Origin: Lachnospiraceae bacterium UBA6987
Lineage (GTDB): Bacteria > Bacillota > Clostridia > Lachnospirales > Lachnospiraceae
Direction of reading: 5' to 3'
DNA: 64,000 bases
Assembly (NCBI GenBank): GCA_002449955.1
Contig: DJYD01000046.1
Location: 1,355-65,354 of the forward strand
Both the position numbers and the translations under genes were made by a program. Below the pieces are notes generated by a model, which saw only the letters and a list, made by a program, of their open reading frames with translations, had not been told where the DNA came from and did not search any database. Below are positions 9,846 to 18,434 of this stretch, one piece after another; the stretch's first letter is position 1; every line of letters starts with the position of its first letter.

Positions 9846-12824
9846 TTAATCTTTCGGCGCGCGGTAGAACTCGAAGGTTCCGCCACTGTTTGTCATTTCC
9901 AGATGCCCGGCGCTGTTGATCCGGTAAGTCGCCGTGCCGCTCGCCTTGCCCGGTGCGTTCTTGTCAAAATCGATGGTCAGCACGCCGGTCTTCGGATCGT
10001 AGTCGAAATACTTGATCTCCAACCAGCGGGACTTGGCGGTGTTCCACTGATCATAGTAGCCTTCGTATTCACCGAATTCGTTGTCCTCTTCCAGGTAGAT
10101 GAGCCCCAGCACCCAGTCGCCGGGCTTGATCTTCTCCCAGGGGGTCTGGACCGGGATCCACATGTCGGTGAACTTGGCAAGGTCGTTTATCATCTCTCTG
10201 TGGATGGTAAAGGAGAAGGGATCGGAGACTTCGCCCATCAGCTTCGTTCCGTCTGCCGTCAGCACGTATTCGCAGAGCGTAAAGGAAAGTTTAATCTCAT
10301 CCACGTCCGGCTCCGCGTCCTTGAAGAAGTCCTTTTTGGGCAGCTTGTACTCCTTCTTGAAGTAACTGTTGGAGATCTCTTTTTCGATCTTTCCGCCGCC
10401 GGGGGTTTGTATGGTCAGAAGAAAGCCGTCGATGACCTTCGTATTCGCCGCCGGGCTCAGTTCCGGGAACGTGAAGACCAGGTCGTCCTTGGCCTCTTTC
10501 ATGGCAGGGGTTTTGGTCTTGTCCAGCACGTAAATGTAATAGCCGTTGCGGTCACCGACGTTGTTCAGGCCGGCCGTGAGCTCCAGAATGTTGCGGTGAC
10601 GCTTTTGGCTGTCCAGGACGGAGTCGGAGAGCGCGGGGATATAAGCGCCCTTGGTAAAGAGGGTGAACGGATCGGCCGGGAGCAGCTGCGTGTCCGGCAG
10701 ATCGGAGGCAAAGCCGCCGTCCGGTACCATGAGGAGGATCATCGGGGTGATCTGCTTCTGGATGAAGCCGCGGATGGCGCTCGAGTAAGGCCCTTCAGGC
10801 GTGACTTCCGTATGGTAGGCTTTGCCCTTTTCGATCCAGACGTAAGGATAGGGATCGTATTCCTTTTCGTTATCGCGGTACGTTTTGGATAAGGCGTTCT
10901 TGTTCGCGCGAATGAAGAGCTTGTAGCAGGTGGCGAATTCAGTCGGATTCAGATCGAAAAGCTTCATGATCGGCGCGGAGATGCCGCCTTCCTTAACGCT
11001 GCTGATCGCATTCATCATCCGTCCGCCCCACATGATCCTTCCGGTCCTTTCCTCCAGGAAGGCGATGAATTCTCCCAGGTTGTAACCTTCATGCTGCATC
11101 ACGAGCGTATTGTTATCAGGCGCGTAATATTTATCAACAGGCAGCTTCAGCGTGGACCAGTAACTGGTGGGGTTCATTTCCATTTTGGAATCCCAGTCGA
11201 TGATCCCTTCTGATTTGAAGTGAAGGGCGGCCCGTCTTTCGACCACGATCGCCGTCATCTCGTCATAACGCACGGAATCCGTCCAAAAGTAGCGGTAGCC
11301 GCGCTGGCAGACGTGCAGCATCTCGTGCACCATGGTCACCAGGAAGGTGTCCCGGGCTGTCTGTCCGCCGTTTTGGACAGCCCCGAGATTGATCTCCACC
11401 CAGGGGGTCTTGACCTTGCGCGACATGGCGGTGGCGAGGTTCCCGCCGGCCGAAGTGGAGGTGATCTCGACCACGTTCGTGGGGATCTTCATGTATTCCT
11501 CTTCCTTCAGATATTTGTAGGCCATGTCGATGCAGCCGACGGCATAGTCCACGGTGTCGGGAAGTTTGATCTCCTTCTGAAGTTTCAGGTATTCCGGATC
11601 CTTCTGAATGGCCTCCAGGACCACCTCATCCACGGTCTTGTTGCGGGAGAAAATGTTCAGGATATTCGACGCGTTAAAGAGCTTATCCTCTTCATACTGC
11701 TTGTAGAGTTCCTGCGCGCGGGCCCTGTATTTCGCGCTGATCTCCTCCATTTTCTTCATGTTGGCTTCTTCGTCGATGCCCAGATCGGCCGGCGCCCAGC
11801 GGAGGGTATAGGAACCGTACTTGTTCGAGCAGCTCAGTTCGGACATCTTTTTCCCTGCATCGTAAAAGTACTTCATGGGGGCCGTAAACTCCGCATTGTA
11901 CCAGTTTTTGACGATGGGGTAACCATAATAGATGATGCCGGTCACGATGAGGCCGCGCAGGATCCAGTCGCCGACCACCAGCAGCGTGATGCTGTTCTGG
12001 TCCGCGCTGTAGATGAGTTTTCCGTTCTCCACGCGGGAGGCATACGGATAATAACTGCCGTCGTCTGCCACGCGGTACACGCACAGATAGTCATTGAAGA
12101 CTTCGCTGATGCCCAGGGCTTTCAGATCCAGCGTCACGCTGTAGCTGCCGGGGATAACTTCGTCGTCTGCGAGCCCTGCGTCCACCTCCCAGCCGGCGAT
12201 GGCCATGTATCCCTCTTCCTCCAGCGCGGCGACAGTGTTCAGAAGAGTTCCGTCAGCCTTGGTCAGAGGCGTCATTCTGACCTCGGTATCTTTCCAAAAG
12301 GCATTCTTCGGTGCAGTGACCGTGACGCCCGGGCAGGGGGAGGCGTTCACTGCCTTGCTGCTGCCGAGAACGACCGTATCGCCGGGATCGGGCTTTACGG
12401 AGGGCTGAGTATCCGGCAGCGTCGGGTCGATGACCACAGCCCCGGTGCCTCCGCCCGGACCTCCGCCGATCCCGCGGATCCATTTCGTGACGAAGCCGGG
12501 CTTAACGAAACCGGTGTAAAGGAGAGCGGCGACAAGTACGAGGGACAGGAGCTTTTTGAGGCAGCCGCTTTTCTTCTTAGGCGCGCGAACAGCCCAGGAT
12601 CCCTCCTGGGCTGCTTTCTGTTCATTCCACTGCTGTGCCGCCTGCTGCGGCGTGGAGGCACGCTGTTTTGTCTGTTTCTTTGCTGCCGCCTCTGCGGGAG
12701 GGGCCTGCTGCGCTTTCTGCGCGGGAGAAGAACCCTGCACGGAGGGCTGGGGACTTCCGCACTTCGTGCAGAAGACAGCTTCGTCAGGCAGGGGGGTACC
12801 ACATTTGATGCAGAACTTACTCAT
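9846..12824 (-). CDS. Zinc-ribbon-headed membrane protein with large C-terminal region carrying an HEXXH motif
   Basis: 992 aa. N-terminal CIKCGTPLPDEAVFCTKCG zinc ribbon, Q/A/P-rich linker, and TM helix (LLSLVLVAALLYTGFV). There is a second hydrophobic stretch near aa 285-305. HEMLH is encoded at 11313..11327 with a Glu about 22 residues downstream. Confidence 0.75.
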   Translation of the reverse strand: MSKFCIKCGTPLPDEAVFCTKCGSPQPSVQGSSPAQKAQQAPPAEAAAKKQTKQRASTPQQAAQQWNEQKAAQEGSWAVRAPKKKSGCLKKLLSLVLVAALLYTGFVKPGFVTKWIRGIGGGPGGGTGAVVIDPTLPDTQPSVKPDPGDTVVLGSSKAVNASPCPGVTVTAPKNAFWKDTEVRMTPLTKADGTLLNTVAALEEEGYMAIAGWEVDAGLADDEVIPGSYSVTLDLKALGISEVFNDYLCVYRVADDGSYYPYASRVENGKLIYSADQNSITLLVVGDWILRGLIVTGIIYYGYPIVKNWYNAEFTAPMKYFYDAGKKMSELSCSNKYGSYTLRWAPADLGIDEEANMKKMEEISAKYRARAQELYKQYEEDKLFNASNILNIFSRNKTVDEVVLEAIQKDPEYLKLQKEIKLPDTVDYAVGCIDMAYKYLKEEEYMKIPTNVVEITSTSAGGNLATAMSRKVKTPWVEINLGAVQNGGQTARDTFLVTMVHEMLHVCQRGYRYFWTDSVRYDEMTAIVVERRAALHFKSEGIIDWDSKMEMNPTSYWSTLKLPVDKYYAPDNNTLVMQHEGYNLGEFIAFLEERTGRIMWGGRMMNAISSVKEGGISAPIMKLFDLNPTEFATCYKLFIRANKNALSKTYRDNEKEYDPYPYVWIEKGKAYHTEVTPEGPYSSAIRGFIQKQITPMILLMVPDGGFASDLPDTQLLPADPFTLFTKGAYIPALSDSVLDSQKRHRNILELTAGLNNVGDRNGYYIYVLDKTKTPAMKEAKDDLVFTFPELSPAANTKVIDGFLLTIQTPGGGKIEKEISNSYFKKEYKLPKKDFFKDAEPDVDEIKLSFTLCEYVLTADGTKLMGEVSDPFSFTIHREMINDLAKFTDMWIPVQTPWEKIKPGDWVLGLIYLEEDNEFGEYEGYYDQWNTAKSRWLEIKYFDYDPKTGVLTIDFDKNAPGKASGTATYRINSAGHLEMTNSGGTFEFYRAPKD

Positions 12825-12864
12825 GGCTTGCTCCGTGCCTGATCACCCTCAGGCGGGGCGGTAT

Positions 12865-13683
12865 TCATTTGTTGATGATCTCGGCTCTTTCGCAGTGGGC
12901 TTTGATATAGTCCCAGATGAAATCGAAGTCCTCATCCTCGCACCAGACGCGGTTGTTGCTCAGGCCTTCGCGAAGGACGATCGTGTTTTTCCTGCGGATG
13001 CCGGTTAGCTTTTTGGTCCCCTTGAACGCAGTGTACATGGCGTTCCGGTTCCCGTGCGTCATGCCGATGCCGATGGTGGTGAGGTTGCCGCTCGCCGCGC
13101 CGGCAAGCACCAGGAGGTCGCCGATGATGGAGGCCTTCTTCGCCTGCTTGGCCTGCTGCTCGTGCAGGACGCCCTTCTCATCCATGGTGAAGATGACGCA
13201 GTACTTGCCGCCCATCATGGCCGCATAGAGAAGGTAGCCGAGGATCGAAAGCCCCAGGAAGATGGCCGCCATGATGCCGCCCATCTTCAGGACCTCCGCA
13301 TAATTGTGGTCCCCGAAGAGTTCGACGATCAGGAAAATGACGCAGCCGCCGAGGATGATGCCGCCGAAGATCTTGAGGATGGTCCAGAAGACCCACAGAT
13401 TCTTAAGCAGGCCCATCTCATAGACCCAGCGGTATTTGCCGTCCGTGCAGAGAAGCACGTTCTTGCTGACGAAAGGATCGGAACCGTCAACGCCTTTCGG
13501 CTTTCCCTGCTTGGGGGCATAAGGCTCAGGGTCAACAGGGATGGCAGCCGGTGCGGGCTCGGCGGGAACCGGTGCGGCCTGCTGCGCCGGCTCATCGTTC
13601 GCAGCGGGCTGTTTTGTGCCGCATTTGCTGCAGAACACGGCTTCATCGGGCAGTTCATTTCCGCATTTAATACAATATTTCAT
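12865..13683 (-). CDS. Zinc-ribbon-headed polytopic membrane protein
   Basis: 272 aa. N-terminal CIKCGNELPDEAVFCSKCG (paralogous to the head of the downstream gene), Pro/Ala linker, 2-3 hydrophobic helices and a soluble C-terminal tail. Confidence 0.7.
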   Translation of the reverse strand: MKYCIKCGNELPDEAVFCSKCGTKQPAANDEPAQQAAPVPAEPAPAAIPVDPEPYAPKQGKPKGVDGSDPFVSKNVLLCTDGKYRWVYEMGLLKNLWVFWTILKIFGGIILGGCVIFLIVELFGDHNYAEVLKMGGIMAAIFLGLSILGYLLYAAMMGGKYCVIFTMDEKGVLHEQQAKQAKKASIIGDLLVLAGAASGNLTTIGIGMTHGNRNAMYTAFKGTKKLTGIRRKNTIVLREGLSNNRVWCEDEDFDFIWDYIKAHCERAEIINK

Positions 13684-13742
13684 TTCTGTCCTCCAATTCT
13701 GTGGTTCAAGTATTGGTTTGGTGAAGACCGTGCCTTAGCGGC

Positions 13743-16484
13743 TTAGGAAGGCTGGTCAGTGGGCTCAAAACGGATCACCCGGGCTTCATATCCGTCCGAA
13801 GTATCGAAAACGTGCCATTCGGTATACCCGCGAAGGTAAGAAGAAGGCGCGTCGACAACGGCCTGTACGACGCCAGGGACAGCTTCGTCTGCGGAGATGC
13901 GGTAGATCGCTTTCTCCGATTCGGTATTCAGTATCACTATGGGAGAGCCAGATCCACCACTGTAGGCGGTCAGTGTAACGTCGCTTCCGACTCCGATGAA
14001 TCCGGGAGTAAACATTGCTTCCATATGGATACCGTGCATCATCAGGAGGTCTTTGTTGAGAGTCAGGGATCCGGATCCTTCAAAGACCAACCCGCAGTAG
14101 CTGGTATGGCCATAGGATGCACCAGGCCTGATTATGATCATCTCAACTTCATTTTGTCCTTCCAGGTGGATGGTCAGTGTGCCATTGATGAGGAGGCTGA
14201 GATAACGATCTGTTTGGAAATCTGTCAGGAACAGAGTACAGGTTTCCGGATCAAAGCGGAGACCGGGGATAGTATTATTCAGGCGAACTTCAGAATATGA
14301 GTCGTCATTGTATAATTCTATTGTATCGGAATCATTGTTGTTGTAATTGAGATCGTCGCCATTATAGAAGATATTACTGCCGGTAATCTTTTCCAGATAT
14401 ATAGAAGAACCAATTATCCCGTTAAAAGGATAATTGGATGTATCCGGATAACTTTGATCTGGCCCGACCGGGATCGCTCCTTCTGGCAGAGCCCTCGTAT
14501 GCAGTTCAGTCTCAGGCGGTTCCTCACCGCCGATGTGGATGTGCTTTACCGGATCTCCGTTCGCGTCAACGGAGATCCAGGTATTATAACTGCCTGAGAC
14601 TGTTCCGGAGGAATCTTCGTCGGTGGTTCTGATGACCTGTCTTACACCGTCGATCGGGTCGTCTGACTCATAGTAAACGCCTTTCGGTGTGGACGTGTCT
14701 TCGATCCAGAAAGCATAGTGATCACCGTACAGATCCATCGTGACCGTGCTGTCGATCATGACGCAGGTCGGGCTGTAGATGCCGCGTACGTAGAGCCCGG
14801 CATGATTCGTTGTACTGTTCAAATAGAGATAACCGTCACCGGTGAAGTGAATGCTGGCACCGAGATAATTACCCTGAATATGGATACCGTTTTCCAGTAT
14901 GTTCTTTCCGACGAGCCGGATCTTGAAACCGTTGCCCAGGTTGTCGAGCTGCAGTTCATATCCGCGGAAATTATTCAATGTCAGTGTGTTGCTTGACGGA
15001 TCGTAGCTGAGGCTGTTCGTATTTACCGGTCCGACACCCTGATCGGGCTGATAGATGGATTCGAAGTCGTCCATGCCTTCTCCGTCGATCCGAAGGATCT
15101 GCGGATCGCGTCTGAAGCCGTCCGGACTGGTTCCGCCCGGCTCCAGATTCGGAAGGTTCGGGTAAGAGGAATCGCCGCCGATCGGAAGGCCGGGCAGTTC
15201 GGCAGTCGGTTCTGTTTCCGACGGCGCTTCGGAGGAAGGCTCGGTATCGGTCCCGCTGTCCGGCCGGTAGCTGTTGTTGAGCTTGACGATAGTGGAATGC
15301 GTCTGCGCGCCGACCATCAGCCAGGAATGGTAAGTCTCGGGATCTTCGCGGACAAAGGAAGTGTCCTCGGCTTTCAGCTGGCCCTGATAGATTTCAGCCA
15401 TGGGGTGCGGCGTCTTGTACAAGACGGGCTTTTCAGAGCAGGTAGACGTGACGCGGAAAATGCTGTGGGCGCCGCTGATGTCGAATTTGACGTTCTCATC
15501 CAGCATGAGGTGGGCCTTGGTCCACTGACCGATCACGTGGATGCCGTAATCGTAATGCTCACCGTCGTTGATGGTGATGCCGCCGTCGCCGGTGATGGTA
15601 ACGGAACCGCAGGCCACCATCAGGTACTCGGACAGGACGCTGTCGCCCTCCAGCCGGATGGTGAAATCCTGGCCCATGTTGTTGATCATCAGGCCTTTGC
15701 CGTGATAGTTGTTCAGGGTCAGGGTGTTGGTGTCAAAATCGTAGTAGATCGAAGGACTTTCCGCGGAAACAATGTTTTCGGGGATGGACATCGGGATGGG
15801 ACCGGTATAAAACTGAGGAGCTTTTCGGCCGTACCAGACGAAGCTTTCGACCATGGCCTGCTCGCCCATGGATCCGTTGATGAAATCCACCGCCGCGATG
15901 TACTTGTTGTTCGCGTCGACTGTCGTGTCCTGCGTCACCGTCCAGTCATTGTTGTCGAGCCTCGGGAAGACTCTGTCTCCGCCGAAGGGGATGAGATCGC
16001 CGTAGATCAGGTCGGGTTCGGGCTCGTCATCGGGTTCGTCATCGGGTTCGAGCCAGTGGTCGGGCTCGCTCGAGTGCACTTCGCCGAAGATGACGGAGTC
16101 GTTGAACAGACCGTCCAGACCCAGGAGGTCGATGCCGAAGGAGTTCGTGACGAGGACGACGGAAGATGCCACGGCCGCGAACTGCAGAAGGAGCGAGCGC
16201 TTTTTCCTCGCCCGGCGTTCGGCGGTCTGCTGCGCGTCGGCGGATGCCGAAGAAGCCGCGGAGGTCGTCAGTTCCTCCCCGGGCGCTTCTCCCGCAGGGC
16301 CTTCCTCGGCGAGGATCTCCGCAGCCTGCCGTTCAGCCTCATCCGGCTCGGCCAGATTCCGTTCCCGCACGCCGAAACGGTCCGTAAGCCGCCTTCCTCC
16401 GGAAAGCGTCGCGGACTGCTCCGGCGGCAGGCTGAACTCCTCACCCGGCCGCGTATATTCAGATTGGTCGTATGAATGTCTCAT
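13743..16484 (-). CDS. Membrane-anchored protein with three tandem ~200-aa modules (beta-helix/carbohydrate-binding-like)
   Basis: 913 aa. Charged N-terminus and one TM helix (LLLQFAAVASSVVLVTNSF). Three modules are each preceded by an acidic/Pro linker and share blocks: YYDFDTNTLTLNNYHG / SYDPSSNTLTLNNFRG / RFDPETCTLFLTDFQT, and FTIRLEGDSVL / FKIRLVGKNIL / LTIHLEGQNEV. Confidence 0.75.
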   Translation of the reverse strand: MRHSYDQSEYTRPGEEFSLPPEQSATLSGGRRLTDRFGVRERNLAEPDEAERQAAEILAEEGPAGEAPGEELTTSAASSASADAQQTAERRARKKRSLLLQFAAVASSVVLVTNSFGIDLLGLDGLFNDSVIFGEVHSSEPDHWLEPDDEPDDEPEPDLIYGDLIPFGGDRVFPRLDNNDWTVTQDTTVDANNKYIAAVDFINGSMGEQAMVESFVWYGRKAPQFYTGPIPMSIPENIVSAESPSIYYDFDTNTLTLNNYHGKGLMINNMGQDFTIRLEGDSVLSEYLMVACGSVTITGDGGITINDGEHYDYGIHVIGQWTKAHLMLDENVKFDISGAHSIFRVTSTCSEKPVLYKTPHPMAEIYQGQLKAEDTSFVREDPETYHSWLMVGAQTHSTIVKLNNSYRPDSGTDTEPSSEAPSETEPTAELPGLPIGGDSSYPNLPNLEPGGTSPDGFRRDPQILRIDGEGMDDFESIYQPDQGVGPVNTNSLSYDPSSNTLTLNNFRGYELQLDNLGNGFKIRLVGKNILENGIHIQGNYLGASIHFTGDGYLYLNSTTNHAGLYVRGIYSPTCVMIDSTVTMDLYGDHYAFWIEDTSTPKGVYYESDDPIDGVRQVIRTTDEDSSGTVSGSYNTWISVDANGDPVKHIHIGGEEPPETELHTRALPEGAIPVGPDQSYPDTSNYPFNGIIGSSIYLEKITGSNIFYNGDDLNYNNNDSDTIELYNDDSYSEVRLNNTIPGLRFDPETCTLFLTDFQTDRYLSLLINGTLTIHLEGQNEVEMIIIRPGASYGHTSYCGLVFEGSGSLTLNKDLLMMHGIHMEAMFTPGFIGVGSDVTLTAYSGGSGSPIVILNTESEKAIYRISADEAVPGVVQAVVDAPSSYLRGYTEWHVFDTSDGYEARVIRFEPTDQPS

Positions 16485-16492
16485 GGGACCGT

Positions 16493-17563
16493 TCAGTTCT
16501 CTCCCTTATGGACCACTACCTGCTGGAACGGGATCTCAATGCCGGCTTCATCCATGCCGATCTTGAACTCGCGGTTCATCAGACGGGCTGCCTTGTAGAT
16601 ATCGCCTTCGTTTACCTTCGCGATGAAGCGGAGGTTGACGGAAGAGGCGTCGAGCGTCTGCACGCCGAGGTATTCCGGTTCGGTGCGGAAGACTTCCGGA
16701 TACTTTTCCGGAAGGGAGGACGCGATGGCTTTCAGCGCCGTCTCGGTATCCGCCAGGTTCGCGGCATAGGAGACCGGAATGTCGCAGACGGCGTTCGAAT
16801 TGGTGCGGGAGCGGTTCAGGATGTTCCGCATGTCGGAATTATTGACCAGTTTGATGTTGCCGCCCGGATCCTGGATGGAGGTGACGCGGACGCCGATGTT
16901 GGTCACGGTGCCGCGGAAGCCGTTGTATTCGATGATGTCGCCCACGTTGAACTCGTCCTCAAAGACCAGGAAGAGGCCGGTGACGACGTCTTCGATGAGG
17001 CTCTCGGCCGCGAAGCCGATGATCAAAGCGACGATGCCGATGCTGGCGAAGATCGTGCTCAGGTTGATGCCGATGGCAGACAGGCACCAGATCAGCAGGA
17101 TCAGTGCGATGGCGTAGCCGGAAAAGCTCTTGACCATCGAGTAGATGCTGGCTCCCTTGGGGGTCTTCGGTTTGATCTTATCCATTACGATCTTCAGGAT
17201 CAGTTTCACGATCATCATGAACAGCACGATCACGATCACCTTGAAGATCCGGACCCACTGGATGTTGAGGACTCGCTTGATCTGGTCCACGTCGCCGAAG
17301 AGGCTGTTGTAGCCGTTCTTCATGGCTTCCCGCCAGCTCGCGGGCAGGAAGAACATCAGCGAGGGATTGGTGACGAGAAGGACGAGCAGCAGAATGACGG
17401 TCAGGATGATGACCTTCTTCCAGGGGTTGTGCTTGTCGAGTTTGTGCGCCTTGGGCGCGGGCTGTGCGGCATTCGGCGTGCCGTTCGGGGCGCCGTTTTC
17501 AGTGTTGCTCATGGGATGCTCCTTTATGATTTGGTTTCCGTATTTACAGCGAACGGTTCGCAA
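16493..17563 (-). CDS. Small-conductance mechanosensitive channel (MscS family)
   Basis: 356 aa. Three to four N-terminal TM helices followed by the MscS beta-domain signature region (FNVGDIIEYNGFRGTVTNIGVRVTSI). AAAGGAG SD upstream. Confidence 0.88.
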   Translation of the reverse strand: MRTVRCKYGNQIIKEHPMSNTENGAPNGTPNAAQPAPKAHKLDKHNPWKKVIILTVILLLVLLVTNPSLMFFLPASWREAMKNGYNSLFGDVDQIKRVLNIQWVRIFKVIVIVLFMMIVKLILKIVMDKIKPKTPKGASIYSMVKSFSGYAIALILLIWCLSAIGINLSTIFASIGIVALIIGFAAESLIEDVVTGLFLVFEDEFNVGDIIEYNGFRGTVTNIGVRVTSIQDPGGNIKLVNNSDMRNILNRSRTNSNAVCDIPVSYAANLADTETALKAIASSLPEKYPEVFRTEPEYLGVQTLDASSVNLRFIAKVNEGDIYKAARLMNREFKIGMDEAGIEIPFQQVVVHKGEN

Positions 17564-17594
17564 AGCCTTTTCCGAATGAAAATATCACTTTATC

Positions 17595-17623
17595 AGTTTA
17601 GCGCGTTCCCGCGCGGCTGTCAA
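17595..17623 (-). promoter_or_regulatory. Sigma-A-type promoter for the mscS-family gene
   Basis: On the minus strand: TTGACA - 17 nt - TAAACT, about 30-60 nt upstream of the start at 17563. The spacer contains the CAGCCGCGCGGGA repeat. Confidence 0.5.
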
Positions 17624-17655
17624 AATTTATCCGTGACACAGGAGATTTTTGTGCA

Positions 17656-18147
17656 TTATCCTTCTTTTTCCAGCGTGGAAATGAGTTTCGCGGCGAAATC
17701 CACGATCTCCGGATCGTCCGAGTACTTCACGAGTACCTTCAGCTGATCGATGATCTTTTCCTTCCCGGGTATGGTTCTTCCTTTGTCCGGGTCCAGGTAG
17801 TATCCGATGCAGCGCATCATCCGGATGACGTGTTCCGGGTCCTCGCAGTCGAGGATCTCACAGGCGAGGACAGGGTCGCCGTCCGGGTCGAAAAGGGATT
17901 CCTCCTCGAGCCGTCCGAAGGGGCCCGTGAACTTTCCCCAGGGGCCGTCTTCGCGGTCTTCCAGGCTTTCCACGGACTGAATGTCGTCCTTGTATATGAG
18001 GAGCGACGGCATCTGGAGGCCTTCCTCTTCTCTGCCGAATTCGTGCCCGTCGTACGATGCCGAATTGTGCGTGACGATACCCTCGTAGACGCTTCCGTCA
18101 AAGATCGTGATCCGCACATGTTTGTTGTCGTACTGAAGAATATCCAT
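17656..18147 (-). CDS. Hypothetical acidic protein (N-terminal Sm/SH3-like strand pattern)
   Basis: 163-aa ORF with GGAGG SD 6 nt upstream of the ATG. No motif I can assign. Confidence 0.6.
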   Translation of the reverse strand: MDILQYDNKHVRITIFDGSVYEGIVTHNSASYDGHEFGREEEGLQMPSLLIYKDDIQSVESLEDREDGPWGKFTGPFGRLEEESLFDPDGDPVLACEILDCEDPEHVIRMMRCIGYYLDPDKGRTIPGKEKIIDQLKVLVKYSDDPEIVDFAAKLISTLEKEG

Positions 18148-18212
18148 TTCGTTCCTCCGTGGGGCCGTCCCGCGCGGCTGCCTTTTAAAGGAATTATAGC
18201 GGTTTTTACTGA

Positions 18213-18320
18213 AAAAGAAAAGGGGCGAAGCTCAAAAATGCAAAGGAAGTCATTCAGTACATCCGTGAGATCGCCCGCATCCCCACCGCGGCGGAGTTCG
18301 ACCGCTATTACAACAGCTGA
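18213..18320 (+). pseudogene. Possible remnant of a gene ending in a homing-endonuclease-associated (HNH_repeat-like) helix
   Basis: A startless frame reads KRKGAKLKNAKEVIQYIREIARIPTAAEFDRYYNS*. The IPT..EFD pattern resembles the repeat found in homing-endonuclease-associated proteins. No ATG or SD. Confidence 0.25.
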
Positions 18321-18434
18321 GACCCGACAGGCGATATAAAGATATTCGTAAAAAACGTGTCATCCCGAGCGGAGCATCCCGCCCGGAACGGCACGTTTGT
18401 TTTTTGCAGCCCCTCTTCAGAGGGGGAAAGCTGC

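Noticed and set aside
16021-16050. Tandem 12-bp repeat ggYtcgtcatcg x2.5 (encodes DEPDDEPDDEPE on the minus strand), plus a similar EPVTEPVTE repeat in prkC (about 4105-4135).
   Set aside because: These are short in-frame low-complexity linker repeats. They are slippage-prone but unremarkable.
18397-18434. Hairpin GCAGCCCCTCT-tcag-AGGGGgaaaGCTGC next to the stop of the dehydrogenase-family gene, considered as its terminator.
   Set aside because: On the minus (transcribed) strand the hairpin is followed by an A-run, not a T-run. The T-run lies on the plus-strand upstream side. Orientation and function are ambiguous, so it is not listed as a feature.
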